DNA of 64,000 nucleotides from Candidatus Eiseniibacteriota bacterium (GCA_044222065.1 JBGAOA010000005.1:1-64000); one strand, 5' to 3'. Shown: positions 12,108 through 22,618, counted from the stretch's first letter. The notes: generated from the sequence alone by a model not told the origin. Numbers and translations are program-made.

Positions 12108-12713
12108 GTGAACCGAATCGTCTTCGCGGCGGCGCTCGTCGCGGCCGCATCCGCGTCGCTGGCCGCGGGTCCGCCGCCGGGCTTCGTGCCCGTGAAGGAC
12201 CGGAAGCCCGCGGGCTGGGACGTGAGCCTCTGCCCCGACACTGCGACGACGCCGTACCTCGTCGTGAGAGGCCGCGTGCTCGGCGCGGGCGGGAAGCCGC
12301 TCGCGCGCGTGAACGTGTACGCGTATCACGCGGACGAGCAGGGTCTCTACGCGACGCCGGGCGAACCGTGGCGCGGACCGAAGTACGCGGCGGTGCTGCG
12401 CACGAACGCGAAGGGCGAGTACCGCATCCGCACGGTCGTGCCGGGGAAGTACGAGGGGCCGCCGCACGTCCACTTCGAGGTGTGGGGACCGAAGCTCGAG
12501 CGGCGCGCGCTGTGGGTGAACGTGGCGGCGGATTGGGACAGTTCGATCTTCCGCGGGCCCGCGGGCCCGGGCTTCACGCGCCGCACCGGCACGTCGGGCG
12601 GGCAGTTGCTCGCACTGCCCGATGCGCACCGCATCCTGCACGCGCAGTACGACCTGTTCGTCGAGCCCGCGATGCGCGTCCCGCCGGCGGCGAGCGGCGC
12701 CACCGGGCCGTGA
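12108..12713 (+). CDS. Exported intradiol ring-cleavage dioxygenase-like protein
   Basis: GTG 12108 follows an AGGAGG SD. Signal peptide, then VRGRV, YHADEQGLY, RTVVPGKY and HVHF (Tyr/Tyr/His/His iron-ligand pattern). Confidence 0.75.
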   Translation: MNRIVFAAALVAAASASLAAGPPPGFVPVKDRKPAGWDVSLCPDTATTPYLVVRGRVLGAGGKPLARVNVYAYHADEQGLYATPGEPWRGPKYAAVLRTNAKGEYRIRTVVPGKYEGPPHVHFEVWGPKLERRALWVNVAADWDSSIFRGPAGPGFTRRTGTSGGQLLALPDAHRILHAQYDLFVEPAMRVPPAASGATGP

Positions 12714-12716
12714 GCG

Positions 12717-13745
12717 TCATGCCCGCGCTTCGGCCGCTTCGCACGTGCGCAGGTCGTCGACCGGCGCGCGCGAGACGAGCGCGCTGAGGCCGGCGACGAG
12801 CAGCGCGCCGCGCGTGAGCTTCGGGCGCCTCGCGCCCCACGGGAACTCGGGATCGCGTGCGGCCTTCTCGACCGAACGCAGCGCCCACAGCGCGGGCAGC
12901 AGCACGAACAGCCGGTAGCGCGGCGCGCGTCGTGGCACGAGCTCGAGGTATTCGGGCACGCGCGCGAGCGCGCGGCGGGCGAGCGATTCGAGCCGTGACT
13001 CGATCGGCCGGATCTCGGGGCGCTCGCGGCCGACGAGGTCGGCGGGCGTGAGCGAGGCGGCGGCGAGCCAGTCGCCGGGCACGTAGCAGCGACCGCGGCG
13101 CACGTCGAGCGGCCAGTCGAGCAGGATGTTCGTGAGCTGCAGCGCCTCGCCGACGACCGGCGCGAGCTCGATCCGGCGCACCTCCTCGCGCAGCGTGCGC
13201 GCGCCGGCGCGCGCCGTGAAGAGCTTCGTCAGCATGACGCCGACGCAGCCCGCGACGATCCAGCAGTAGTCGCGCAGCTCGCCTTCGTCGTCGAGGTAGG
13301 CGACGGCGGGACCGCGCTCGGCGGCGCGCGCCGAGTACCGGCTCATGCCGCGCGCCATCGTCGTCACGCACTCACCGACGATCGCGCGGTCGCCCGGCTC
13401 CAGCGCGCGGTAGACGCGCCACACACGGTCGTAGTTGCGCACGAGCTCGAGATCCTCGCCCCGGGCCGGCAGCGCGCGCGCGCCGTCCACGAGCGCGCGC
13501 ATCGCGGCTTCGTCGCCGCCGATCGAGGCGATCAGGTGGTCGAAGCGCGCGCGCACCTCGTCGGGCGCGCCTTCCCACGAGTCCTCGAGCGCGTCGGACG
13601 TGCGGCACATCAGATAAGCGAGCCGGACGACGTCGCGGAACGATCCCGACAGCAGGCGGATGTTGATGGCGAAGGTGCGGGACACCTTCGGCAACGCATC
13701 GCGACAGTAAGCGAGGTCGGCGGCGCTCGATGCGGGCTCGAACAT
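12717..13745 (-). CDS. Squalene/phytoene synthase family protein
   Basis: LPKVSRTFA, YLMCRTSDALED, YCWIVAGCVG and LQLTNILLDWPLDVRRGRCYVP. Confidence 0.88.
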   Translation of the reverse strand: MFEPASSAADLAYCRDALPKVSRTFAINIRLLSGSFRDVVRLAYLMCRTSDALEDSWEGAPDEVRARFDHLIASIGGDEAAMRALVDGARALPARGEDLELVRNYDRVWRVYRALEPGDRAIVGECVTTMARGMSRYSARAAERGPAVAYLDDEGELRDYCWIVAGCVGVMLTKLFTARAGARTLREEVRRIELAPVVGEALQLTNILLDWPLDVRRGRCYVPGDWLAAASLTPADLVGRERPEIRPIESRLESLARRALARVPEYLELVPRRAPRYRLFVLLPALWALRSVEKAARDPEFPWGARRPKLTRGALLVAGLSALVSRAPVDDLRTCEAAEARA

Positions 13746-13898
13746 GGCGGCGGAGCCTAACACCCGCGATCCGCGGGCGGCTACGGCCGCGATTCGCGCG
13801 GCTTCCGGAGGGGCCGCGAGATTTCGCTTGCGGGCGCTGGGCGAGCATGGGATCTCAAGGGCCTCCCCGCGAAGGCCGATAACCCGGCGGAGATTCTC

Positions 13899-15743
13899 AT
13901 GCGCACACGCGTCCTCATCGGCCTCGCGGCACTCGCCGCGTTCTCGCTCGCCCTTCGTGCCGACGCCCATGCCGCGGGTTACCCGCGCATCGGCATCTAC
14001 GGCCAGATGGACGAGACGGGCTATCCGTTCGTCCACCCTGACACGACGGTGAACGACACCACGCTCGGCGAGCTCGCGCGCTTCGACATGGTGATCATCG
14101 ACATCACGCCGATCGTGCCGTACAAGCCCGGGATCGCGACCGAGCTGCGGCGCCGCAATCCGAACATCAAGCTGATCGGCTACTTCCTCGTCGGCGACAT
14201 CTGGGACGCGAACCGTCCCGACTCGGCGAACAACCGTCCCGCGATCTTCAACCACATGATCCGCGACATGGACGGCTACCTCTACAACCAGTCCGGCGGC
14301 TTCTACACGCCGGGGCGCGTGAACATCGCCAAGAAGGTGAACGGCCGCTACGTCGTGGCCGAGGCCGTGGCCGACTTCTTCGTGGACATGATCTGGGCGT
14401 CGGGCAGCTGGGACGGCCTGTTCCTCGACATCCTGTGCGAGGGCTTCGCGTGGACGAGCACGGCCGGCGAGCCGCTCGACTACGTGCGCGCGGGCTATTC
14501 CTCGCTCGCCGAGTTCGACCTCAACTACGGCGCCGCGGCCGACACGATCGGCGACCGCGTGCGGCGCCGCATCGGCCCGAATCCGATCCTGATCGGCAAC
14601 TGCGGCCAGTGCACGAACTACGAGTCGTTCAACGGCTACATGCGCGAGAACTTCCCGTTCCAGAACGGCGGAACGTGGTACTCGAACCTGTACGGCGATC
14701 CGGGCGGCTACCTCATCGACGACCAGCGCATGCGGCAGCCGGCCGTGAACTGGCTCCAGACCGTGCCGACCGGCGTGAACACGCCGCACAGCGCCGACAA
14801 CAACCGGCGCGTGCGCTTCGGGCTCGGCAGCGCGACGCTCGGCGAGGGCTACTCCTCGTTCAACACGGGCGACCGCCACTGGGAAGTGCAGAACTACCAC
14901 GCGTGGTGGTACGACGAGTACTGCGTGGACCTCACGACCGGCGCCGCGTCGCTCGACATGGCCCACAAGGGCTGGCTCGGCGAGGCGCTCGGTCCCGCGT
15001 ACCAGATGATCTGGGTCGGAACGAACCCGGACGCCGTCACGAATCCGGGCTTCGAATCCGACGTGACGAGCGGCTGGTCGTTCTACACCGCGATCGGCGC
15101 GACCCGGTCGCAGGACCCCACGACGTCGGCGGTCGGCACGTCCTCGCTGCGCGTCACGATTCCGACGTCGGCCCCGACCGAGTACTTCGTCACGGTCGGC
15201 TCGACCGGCACGATCCCGGTGTCCGCCGGCGGGACGTTCTCGGCGACGTTCTGGGCCAAGGCCTCGGCGCCGCGCCCGATCCGCCTCGTCGCCGCGACGA
15301 ATCCCGGCTCCGTCGCGTTCCGCGACGTGACGATCGACACGACGTGGCGCCAGTACCAGGTCGCGCTCGTCCCGGGCGCGTCGGCCAACGCCGGGCTCGC
15401 GTTCTACCTCGCGCAGGCGGCCGGCGACGTGTGGCTCGACGACGTGCACTTCCAGTCCGGCGCGACGACGATCTACCGGCGCGACTTCCAGAACGGCGCG
15501 GTGCTCGTGAACCCGTACGGCCAGTCGCTCACGGTGCCGCTCGGCCGCGAGTACCGGAAGATCCTCGGCACCGGCGATCCGTTCACGAACGACGGCTCGA
15601 CCGTGACGTCTGCGACGGTGAACGGCTCGGACGCGCTGTTCCTGATCGGCGAGGACTTCATGCCGCCCGCCGCCGTGCGCGACCTCGTGCCGTTGAATCC
15701 GCCCGCGGCCGCGACGCGCGCGCGGCCCTCCGACCGCCGCTAG
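13899..15743 (+). CDS. Exported putative glycoside hydrolase (TIM-barrel-like) with a CBM4/9-like module
   Basis: Signal peptide; NPNIKLIGY, WDGLFLD and WWYDEY; carbohydrate-binding-like module VTNPGFESD...VWLDDVHF. Confidence 0.65.
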   Translation: MRTRVLIGLAALAAFSLALRADAHAAGYPRIGIYGQMDETGYPFVHPDTTVNDTTLGELARFDMVIIDITPIVPYKPGIATELRRRNPNIKLIGYFLVGDIWDANRPDSANNRPAIFNHMIRDMDGYLYNQSGGFYTPGRVNIAKKVNGRYVVAEAVADFFVDMIWASGSWDGLFLDILCEGFAWTSTAGEPLDYVRAGYSSLAEFDLNYGAAADTIGDRVRRRIGPNPILIGNCGQCTNYESFNGYMRENFPFQNGGTWYSNLYGDPGGYLIDDQRMRQPAVNWLQTVPTGVNTPHSADNNRRVRFGLGSATLGEGYSSFNTGDRHWEVQNYHAWWYDEYCVDLTTGAASLDMAHKGWLGEALGPAYQMIWVGTNPDAVTNPGFESDVTSGWSFYTAIGATRSQDPTTSAVGTSSLRVTIPTSAPTEYFVTVGSTGTIPVSAGGTFSATFWAKASAPRPIRLVAATNPGSVAFRDVTIDTTWRQYQVALVPGASANAGLAFYLAQAAGDVWLDDVHFQSGATTIYRRDFQNGAVLVNPYGQSLTVPLGREYRKILGTGDPFTNDGSTVTSATVNGSDALFLIGEDFMPPAAVRDLVPLNPPAAATRARPSDRR

Positions 15744-15851
15744 CCGGCGGCGTCCTACCGCGGTCGTTGCGGCTCGCGCGGCGTTCGCCCGCGCGGTCGT
15801 CGGTGCGCCGGTCGCTGTGCTAGGTTCCCCGCCCATTCCGGCCCACCGCCC

Positions 15852-16775
15852 ATGCCCGCCTCGCCCTTTCGCAACGCGTTCCGACTCGGCGCCACGACCT
15901 CGGCGCTGATGTTCGGACTCATCGTCCTCGGTTCCGTGGTCCGCACCACGGGCTCGGGGCTCGCGTGTCCGGACTGGCCGCTCTGCCACGGGCAGCTCAT
16001 CCCGCCGCTCCAGTTCAACATCCTGGTCGAGTGGTTCCACCGCCTCGTCGCGCTGCTCGTCGGGCTGCTGCTGTTCGCGACCGTGGGCATCGTGCTCGCG
16101 CGCCCCGCCACGCGCGCCCGGCTCGGCGCGTTCGCGATCGCGGCGCTCGCGCTGTACTTCACGCAGGCGCTGCTCGGCGCGCTCACGGTGTGGAAGCTGC
16201 TGCACCCGACGGTCGTGAATGCGCACCTGGGCTGCGCGCTGCTGCTGTTCGCGACGCTGCTCACGCTCACGAACGTCGCGCGCGCCGAATCCGCGCTCGC
16301 ACGCACCGCGACGCGCCCCGCGGGGATGCTCGCGGCGTTCGCGGCCGTGACCGCGCTCGTGTACGGGCAGGCGCTCCTCGGCGGCGGCGTCAGCACGAAC
16401 TACGCGGCGCTCGCGTGCCCCGACTGGCCGACGTGCAACGGCCAGTGGTTCCCGCGACTCGACGGCGCGGTCGGCCTGCAGATGATCCATCGCTACGGCG
16501 CGTACGCCGTCACGCTCGCGATCGCGGCGCTCGCGATCCGCGCCCGCGCTTCGGCCGACGCGCGCGTGCGCGCGGGCGGCACGCTCGCCTTCGGACTCGT
16601 GCTCGCGCAGGTCGCTCTCGGCGTGCTCAACGTGTTCCTCGGCGTGCCGGTGTGGCTGTCGGCGCTCCATCTCGCGACGGCGACGGCGCTGTTCGCGCTG
16701 CTCGTCACGCTCACGACGCGCGTCGCGCTCGCGCCGGCCGGCGCGCGGATCGCGGGACCCGTGGCGGCCGCGTGA
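15852..16775 (+). CDS. ctaA: Heme A synthase (COX15/CtaA)
   Basis: GSGLACPDWPLCHG, EWFHR, second LACPDWPTCNG and conserved His residues; 8 TM segments. Confidence 0.93.
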   Translation: MPASPFRNAFRLGATTSALMFGLIVLGSVVRTTGSGLACPDWPLCHGQLIPPLQFNILVEWFHRLVALLVGLLLFATVGIVLARPATRARLGAFAIAALALYFTQALLGALTVWKLLHPTVVNAHLGCALLLFATLLTLTNVARAESALARTATRPAGMLAAFAAVTALVYGQALLGGGVSTNYAALACPDWPTCNGQWFPRLDGAVGLQMIHRYGAYAVTLAIAALAIRARASADARVRAGGTLAFGLVLAQVALGVLNVFLGVPVWLSALHLATATALFALLVTLTTRVALAPAGARIAGPVAAA

Positions 16776-17677
16776 GCACCGCGCTTCCGGTCGCATCCGT
16801 CCGCCGCTCGGCGCGCGCGTGGGTCGAGCTGACGAAGCCGCGCATCGCGCTGCTCGTCGTCATGACCGGCGTGCCGGCGCTGCTGCTCGCCGCCGGCGGC
16901 CTGCCGTCCGCGCGCGTGTTCTTCGGGACGCTCGCCGGCACCGTGCTCGCCGCGATGTCGGCGGCGTGCTTCAACATGTACTACGACCGCGACATCGACG
17001 CGCTCATGCGCCGCACCGCCGCGCGCCCGCTGCCCGCGGGCCTGCTGCCGCCGTCGGCGGCGATCGCGCTCGGCACGGCGCTCGGGTTCGCATCGCTCGT
17101 GACGCTGCTCGCGTGCACGAACGTGCTCGCCGCGGGAATCGCGCTCGCCTCGATCGTCTACTACGCCGTGATCTACACGGTGTGGCTCAAGCGCGTGACG
17201 CCGCAGAACATCGTGATCGGCGGCGGCGCCGGCGCTTCGGCGCCTCTCATCGCGTGGGCCGCGGTCACCGGTGGCGTGGGCCTGTCGGCCGTGCTGCTCG
17301 CCGGCATCGTGTTCCTGTGGACGCCGCCGCACTTCTGGGCGCTCGCGCTCTACCGCCGCGAAGACTACGCGCGCGCCCGCATCCCGATGCTGCCCGTGAC
17401 CCACGGCGAGCCCGAGACGCGGCGCCAGATCCTGCTCTACACGCTCGTGCTCGTGCCGGTGACGCTGGCGCTCTGGCCGCTCGGATTCGTGGGACCGATC
17501 TACGGCATACCGGCCGTGCTGCTCGGCGCGTGGTTCGTGCGCGGCGCGTGGACGCTCTACCGCAGCGGCTCGCACGCCGACGCGCGGCGGCTGTTCCTGT
17601 TCTCGATCCTCTATCTGTTCGCGCTCTACGTGCTGCTCACGGCGGACGCCGTCGTGCGCTACCTCCTGCGCCTCTAG
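16772..17677 (+). CDS. ctaB: Protoheme IX farnesyltransferase (heme O synthase)
   Basis: GTG overlaps the ctaA stop. LTKPRI, NMYYDRDIDALMRRTAARPLP, QNIVIGG and WTPPHFWALA. Confidence 0.95.
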   Translation: MSTALPVASVRRSARAWVELTKPRIALLVVMTGVPALLLAAGGLPSARVFFGTLAGTVLAAMSAACFNMYYDRDIDALMRRTAARPLPAGLLPPSAAIALGTALGFASLVTLLACTNVLAAGIALASIVYYAVIYTVWLKRVTPQNIVIGGGAGASAPLIAWAAVTGGVGLSAVLLAGIVFLWTPPHFWALALYRREDYARARIPMLPVTHGEPETRRQILLYTLVLVPVTLALWPLGFVGPIYGIPAVLLGAWFVRGAWTLYRSGSHADARRLFLFSILYLFALYVLLTADAVVRYLLRL

Positions 17678-17691
17678 CGGGCGCGCGCGCG

Positions 17692-19152
17692 ATGGAGGCT
17701 CCGGAGGGGCGGAAGCCGGGTCGCGACGCGCTCGCGCTCGGCGCGCTCTTCGCGCTCGCGGCGGCCGCGCGCGAGTTCGCGATCGGGCGCGAGAGCCTGT
17801 GGCTCGACGAGGCGTACACGGCGCGCATCGCCCGTCTGCCGTGGGACGCGATGCTGCGCGAGGCGTGGAGCGACGTGCACCCGCCGCTCTTCACGATCCT
17901 GCTGCACGTCTGGAGCGCGGCGTTCGGAGCGGGCGAGGGGGCGCTGCGCGGGTTGTCCGCGCTCGCGGGCGTGGCCGCAGTGGCGGCGACGGCGGGGCTC
18001 GCGCGCGAATCGTCCGGGCGCGCGGCGGAACGCTGGGCGGCGGCGTTCGCGGCGCTCGCGCCGTTCCAGGTCCAGTACGCGCAGGAAGCGCGGCCCTACG
18101 CGCTGCTCGCGGCGTTCACGATCGCCTCGGCGTGGGCGCTCGCCGTGTGGCGGCGCCGGGGCGGCGCAGGCTGGCTCGCCGCGTACGTGGCGTGCGGCGC
18201 CGGCGCGGCGTGGACGCACAACGCGTGGTGGTTCGCGTGGCCCGCGCTCGCGGCGTGGTCGCTCTTCGCGCCCGCGGGTACGCCGAAGCGGCGCGGCGCC
18301 GCGCTCGCCGCGCAGGCGGCCATCCTCGCCGCGAGCGCGCCGTGGCTGCTGTCGCTCGGATCCAAGATGGCGCACGTCGCGGCGTACCGCGTGCCGCCGG
18401 CGACGCCGGTGGCGCTCGCGAAGGCGCTGTGGGGCTGGGGCGGGTCGCTGCCCGCGGTGATCGGTCTCGCGCTGCTCGTCGCGCTCGCGCTGCTCGCGTT
18501 CCGGCGCGCCGATGCCGAGTCGCGCCGCGCGATGCTCCTGCCGGCTGGGATCGCGCTCTGCGGCGTGCTCGTGCCGTTCGTCTATTCGCTCGTGCGCCCG
18601 CCGCTGTTCGTGCCGCGCGCGCCGCTCGCTCCGGCGCTCGCCGTGCTCGCGCGCGCGGGCGCCGCCGCGGCGAGCGCCCGGCCGCGCGCGCTCGCGCTCG
18701 CCGCGGCGCTGCTGCTCGTCGCCGGCGGCGCCGTCCGGACCGCGCGCCTCGTGCCCGAGCGCAACAAGGAGCCGTGGCGCGAGGCCGTCCGCGACGTCGA
18801 GCGCGCCGCGAAGCCCGGCGATCTCGTGGTCGTGTGCGCCGGGTACTGCCTCACGAACGCGTGGGACTGGTACCGCACGCGCGACGATCTCGACCTGCTC
18901 GCGGTGCCGCGGGCAGGAGAGACGCTCGAAGCGGAAGAACGCGACGGATTGTCAGGCGCGCTCGCGCGGCACGCGCGATCGTGGCTCGTCCTGTCCCACG
19001 CGGGAACGAACGACACGCCAGTTCGTCAGATGTTCGAGTCGCGCGCCGGGGCGGTCTCGGACTCGCTCTACTGGTGTGAACCGATCGAGCTGACGGGCTA
19101 TCCGAGGTGGGTCGGGATCGAGGTGCTGCGCTTCGAGTCGCGCGCGCGCTGA
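17692..19152 (+). CDS. GT-C fold glycosyltransferase (ArnT/PMT-like)
   Basis: ESLWLDEAYT, DVHPPLF and YAQEARPYAL; many TM segments. Confidence 0.8.
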   Translation: MEAPEGRKPGRDALALGALFALAAAAREFAIGRESLWLDEAYTARIARLPWDAMLREAWSDVHPPLFTILLHVWSAAFGAGEGALRGLSALAGVAAVAATAGLARESSGRAAERWAAAFAALAPFQVQYAQEARPYALLAAFTIASAWALAVWRRRGGAGWLAAYVACGAGAAWTHNAWWFAWPALAAWSLFAPAGTPKRRGAALAAQAAILAASAPWLLSLGSKMAHVAAYRVPPATPVALAKALWGWGGSLPAVIGLALLVALALLAFRRADAESRRAMLLPAGIALCGVLVPFVYSLVRPPLFVPRAPLAPALAVLARAGAAAASARPRALALAAALLLVAGGAVRTARLVPERNKEPWREAVRDVERAAKPGDLVVVCAGYCLTNAWDWYRTRDDLDLLAVPRAGETLEAEERDGLSGALARHARSWLVLSHAGTNDTPVRQMFESRAGAVSDSLYWCEPIELTGYPRWVGIEVLRFESRAR

Positions 19153-19354
19153 GCCCCGATCCGGGCCCGCGGAATCGCCTCCGCGAATCCGGCGATTCGG
19201 TCTTGTGAGGCCCCGATCCATCGTGTATACACCGCAACTCGACTGCCGGCGACGGTCCCTCACCTGCACATCCGAGTGGCACCCGCCGCGGTTCGCAGGC
19301 TCCTCTTCTCGCTCACGGACTCCGGCCACGACCTCAATCCGTTCGGAGGCAGCT

Positions 19355-20002
19355 TTGTCTCGGAAGGCGAACCTCGTTCTGCTCGCGCTGGGTGCCTATG
19401 CGGCCTTCGCCGTCGGTTGCGCCCAGGCGCCACCCCCGGGACTCGCGCGCGGTGAGCAGATCTTCGACACCTGCGTGCCGTGCCACGGAGCCGGCGGCCT
19501 CGGCGATGCGTCCATCGGCGCCCCCGAGATCGCGGGGCTGCCGAAGTGGTACGTCGAGGCGCAGCTGACGAAGTTCAAGAACGGCATGCGCGGCGCGCAT
19601 CCGAGCGACCTCGAGGGCGCGCGCATGCGCCCGATGGCGCGCTCGCTCTACCGCGAGGGCGACATCGCCTCGGTCGCGGAATACGTCGCCACGCTCCAGC
19701 CGGTGAAGCCGCACGCGACGCTCGCGGACGGGAGCGCGGAGGCGGGAGCAATGCGCTTCACGACCGTGTGCATCACGTGCCATGGGCCGGATGCCGCGGG
19801 CAACGAGGCGCTCGGCGCGCCGCCGCTCAACCACCAGGCGGACTGGTACATGCTGCGCCAGCTCGGGAAGTTCAAGAACGGCATGCGCGGCGCGCACCCG
19901 GACGACGCCATGGGCGGGCAGATGGCGGCGATGTCGCAGACGCTCGAAGACAGCACGGCGATGCACGACGTGATCGCCTACATCCGCACGCTGCAGAAGT
20001 GA
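19355..20002 (+). CDS. Di-heme cytochrome c (c4/c553-like) lipoprotein
   Basis: TTG 19355 follows GGAGG. Lipobox-like AVGC; two CxxCH motifs (CVPCH, CITCH), each followed by a distal Met region. Confidence 0.88.
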   Translation: MSRKANLVLLALGAYAAFAVGCAQAPPPGLARGEQIFDTCVPCHGAGGLGDASIGAPEIAGLPKWYVEAQLTKFKNGMRGAHPSDLEGARMRPMARSLYREGDIASVAEYVATLQPVKPHATLADGSAEAGAMRFTTVCITCHGPDAAGNEALGAPPLNHQADWYMLRQLGKFKNGMRGAHPDDAMGGQMAAMSQTLEDSTAMHDVIAYIRTLQK

Positions 20003-20019
20003 CGCCGGGGGGACACGCG

Positions 20020-20142
20020 ATGGCCAAGGAAGAAGAGCGCGACGACAACTGGGGCGATTCGATCGCCCGCTACACGTTCATCCTGACCCTGCTCGGCGCG
20101 GTGCTGTTCGCGGGCGCCGTGTTCATCTTCATCCTGCCCTAG
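20020..20142 (+). CDS. 40-aa single-pass membrane protein in the cox operon
   Basis: MAKEEERDDNWGDSIARYTFILTLLGAVLFAGAVFIFILP; fills the gap between the cytochrome c gene and coxB. Confidence 0.65.
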   Translation: MAKEEERDDNWGDSIARYTFILTLLGAVLFAGAVFIFILP

Positions 20143-20166
20143 TCCCGACCGCCCGAGGCCTCCGCG

Positions 20167-20889
20167 ATGATCGACCTTCCCGGACTTTCGACGTACTCCG
20201 GCGACATTGATCGGCTCGTCCTGCTGATCTCGATCCTCGTCGGCGTGTGGTTCATCGCCGCCGAGGCGATGTTCTTCTGGCTGCTGTTCCGCTTCCGCGC
20301 CCGTCCCGGCGTGCCCGCGATGTACGTCACGGGCAAGGAGAAGCACCTCAAGCGCTGGATCAACATCCCGCACACGCTGATCCTCATCTGCGACGTCGTC
20401 ATCATCATCGCGGCCGTGCGCGTGTGGGTGAAGGTGAAGCAGACGATGCCGCCCGCCGACGAGACCGTTCGCGTGACCGGGCAGCAGTGGGTGTGGACGT
20501 TCGACCAGCCGGGGCCCGACGGGCAGCTCGACACCGCCGACGACATCGCGACGTCCGACACGCTCCACGTGCAGGTCGGGCAGACCGTGCACTTCCAGCT
20601 CGAGTCGAAGGACGTGCTCCACAGCTTCTTCGTGCCGGTGCTGCGCCTGAAGCAGGACATCGTCCCCGGGCGCACGATCAACGGCTGGTTCAAGGCCACT
20701 CAGCCCGGCACCCACGACATCCTGTGCGCGGAGATCTGCGGCATCGGCCACGGCATCATGGGCGGCACGATCGTCGTCGAGACTCCGGAGCAGCACGCGG
20801 AATGGATGCAGGCGCACGCGACGCTCGCGGACGCGTCCGCCCTCCTGAGCGATTCCACCGCCGTCTCGGACGGCGCCGGCTCGAACTGA
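20167..20889 (+). CDS. coxB: Cytochrome c oxidase subunit II
   Basis: GQQWVW, DVLHSF and CuA motif CAEICGIGHGIM. Confidence 0.95.
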   Translation: MIDLPGLSTYSGDIDRLVLLISILVGVWFIAAEAMFFWLLFRFRARPGVPAMYVTGKEKHLKRWINIPHTLILICDVVIIIAAVRVWVKVKQTMPPADETVRVTGQQWVWTFDQPGPDGQLDTADDIATSDTLHVQVGQTVHFQLESKDVLHSFFVPVLRLKQDIVPGRTINGWFKATQPGTHDILCAEICGIGHGIMGGTIVVETPEQHAEWMQAHATLADASALLSDSTAVSDGAGSN

Positions 20890-20900
20890 CGGGGAGCACG

Positions 20901-22607
20901 ATGGCCCATCACGCGCACGCCGAAGCCCACGATTCGGGACACGGCGCTCACCACCCGCAGTCGTTCTTCCACAAGTACCTGTGGTCCACCGACCACAAGA
21001 TCATCGCGTTCCAGTACCTCTTCACGGGCATGGCCATGGCGCTGATCGGCGGCTTCATGGCCTACGTGTTCCGCATGCAGCTCGCCTTCCCGGGGCAGCC
21101 GGTGCCGGGGTTCGGTCACGTTTCGCCGGGCGAGTACAACGCTCTCATCACGAACCACGGCAGCATCATGATCTTCTGGGTCGCGATGCCCGTGCTGATC
21201 GCGGCGTTCGGCAACTACCTGATCCCGTTGATGTGCGGCTGCGACGACATGGTGTTCCCGCGGATCAACCGCCTCAGCTACCAGATCTTCCTGCTGAGCG
21301 TGCTCGTGCTGATCGCCTCGCTCGTCGTGCAGGGCGGCGGCTTCGGCGGCGCGTGGACGGCGTATCCGCCGCTCTCGGCGGTCGCGAAGTACAACCTGAC
21401 GCCGCTCGGTTCGACGCTGTGGATCGTGGCGGTCGCGCTCGAGTTCGTCGCGTTCCTGCTCGGCGGCATCAACTTCATCACGACGGCGATGAACTCGCGC
21501 GCGCCCGGCATGAAGGCGTTCGACGTGCCGCTCGTCGTGTGGATGATCGTGATCGCGAGCCTGCTGTTCATGGCCTCGGTCGGCCCGCTCATCGCCGGCG
21601 CCGTGATGCTGCTGTTCGACCAGCACCTCGGGACCGCGTTCTACAACCCGGCGAAGGGCGGCGACCCGGTGCTGTGGCAGCACCTGTTCTGGTTCTTCGG
21701 CCATCCCGAGGTCTACGTCGTGCTGCTGCCCGCGATGGGCATCGTGGCCGAGATCATCACGGTGTTCGCGCGCAAGAAGATGTTCGCGTACAAGACCGTC
21801 GTCTACACGGTCATCGCGACCGGCGTGCTGAGCTTCTTCGTGTGGGCGCACCACCAGTTCGTCGCGGGCATCGATCCGCGCATGGCGAACGTGTTCACCG
21901 TGACGACGGTGCTGATCTCGATCCCGATCGCCGAGATGCTGTTCCTGTACATCGCGACGCTCTACGGCGGTTCGATCCGTTTCACGACGCCGATGCTGTG
22001 GGCGCTCGGGTTCATCGCCGAGTTCCTGATCGGCGGCGTCACCGGCATCTACCTGGGCGCGAGCGGCGCGGACATCTTCTTCCACGACACCTATTTCGTG
22101 GTCGCGCACTTCCACTACACGTTCTTCCCGATCGCGATCATCGGCGTGTTCGCGGGGCTCACGTTCTGGTTCCCGAAGATGTTCGGCAAGATGATGAACG
22201 AGACGCTCGGCAAGATTCACTTCTGGGGCACGATCATCCCGTTCAACTTCATCTTCATCCCGATGTTCATGCTCGGGCTCAAGGGCGAACACCGCCGCAT
22301 CTACGACTACTCGCACTTCCCCGAGCTGGCGACGCCCGAGATGCAGATGCTGCGCATCGTCGCGACCGTCTCGCTCGTCGTGATGCTGCTGTTCCAGTTC
22401 GTCTTCCTGATCAACCTCGTGTGGAGCCTCGCGCGCGGGCGCAAGGCCGAGAAGAACCCGTGGAAGGCGAACACGCTCGAGTGGACGGCCGAATCGCCGC
22501 CGCCGCACGGCAACTGGAGCGAACTGCCCGAGTGTCACCGCGGGCCCTACGAGTACAGCGTGCCGGGTCGCCCGACCGACTTCTGGCCCCAGAACGAGAA
22601 AGCCTGA
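20901..22607 (+). CDS. coxA: Cytochrome c oxidase subunit I (type A1)
   Basis: STDHK, WFFGHPEVY, VWAHH, HDTYFVVAHFH and RRIYDY. Confidence 0.97.
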   Translation: MAHHAHAEAHDSGHGAHHPQSFFHKYLWSTDHKIIAFQYLFTGMAMALIGGFMAYVFRMQLAFPGQPVPGFGHVSPGEYNALITNHGSIMIFWVAMPVLIAAFGNYLIPLMCGCDDMVFPRINRLSYQIFLLSVLVLIASLVVQGGGFGGAWTAYPPLSAVAKYNLTPLGSTLWIVAVALEFVAFLLGGINFITTAMNSRAPGMKAFDVPLVVWMIVIASLLFMASVGPLIAGAVMLLFDQHLGTAFYNPAKGGDPVLWQHLFWFFGHPEVYVVLLPAMGIVAEIITVFARKKMFAYKTVVYTVIATGVLSFFVWAHHQFVAGIDPRMANVFTVTTVLISIPIAEMLFLYIATLYGGSIRFTTPMLWALGFIAEFLIGGVTGIYLGASGADIFFHDTYFVVAHFHYTFFPIAIIGVFAGLTFWFPKMFGKMMNETLGKIHFWGTIIPFNFIFIPMFMLGLKGEHRRIYDYSHFPELATPEMQMLRIVATVSLVVMLLFQFVFLINLVWSLARGRKAEKNPWKANTLEWTAESPPPHGNWSELPECHRGPYEYSVPGRPTDFWPQNEKA

Positions 22608-22618
22608 GGACCGCCGCG

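Noticed and set aside
19277..19292. TGGCAC upstream of the cytochrome c gene as a sigma54 promoter
   Set aside because: There is no GC at the required GG-N10-GC spacing.
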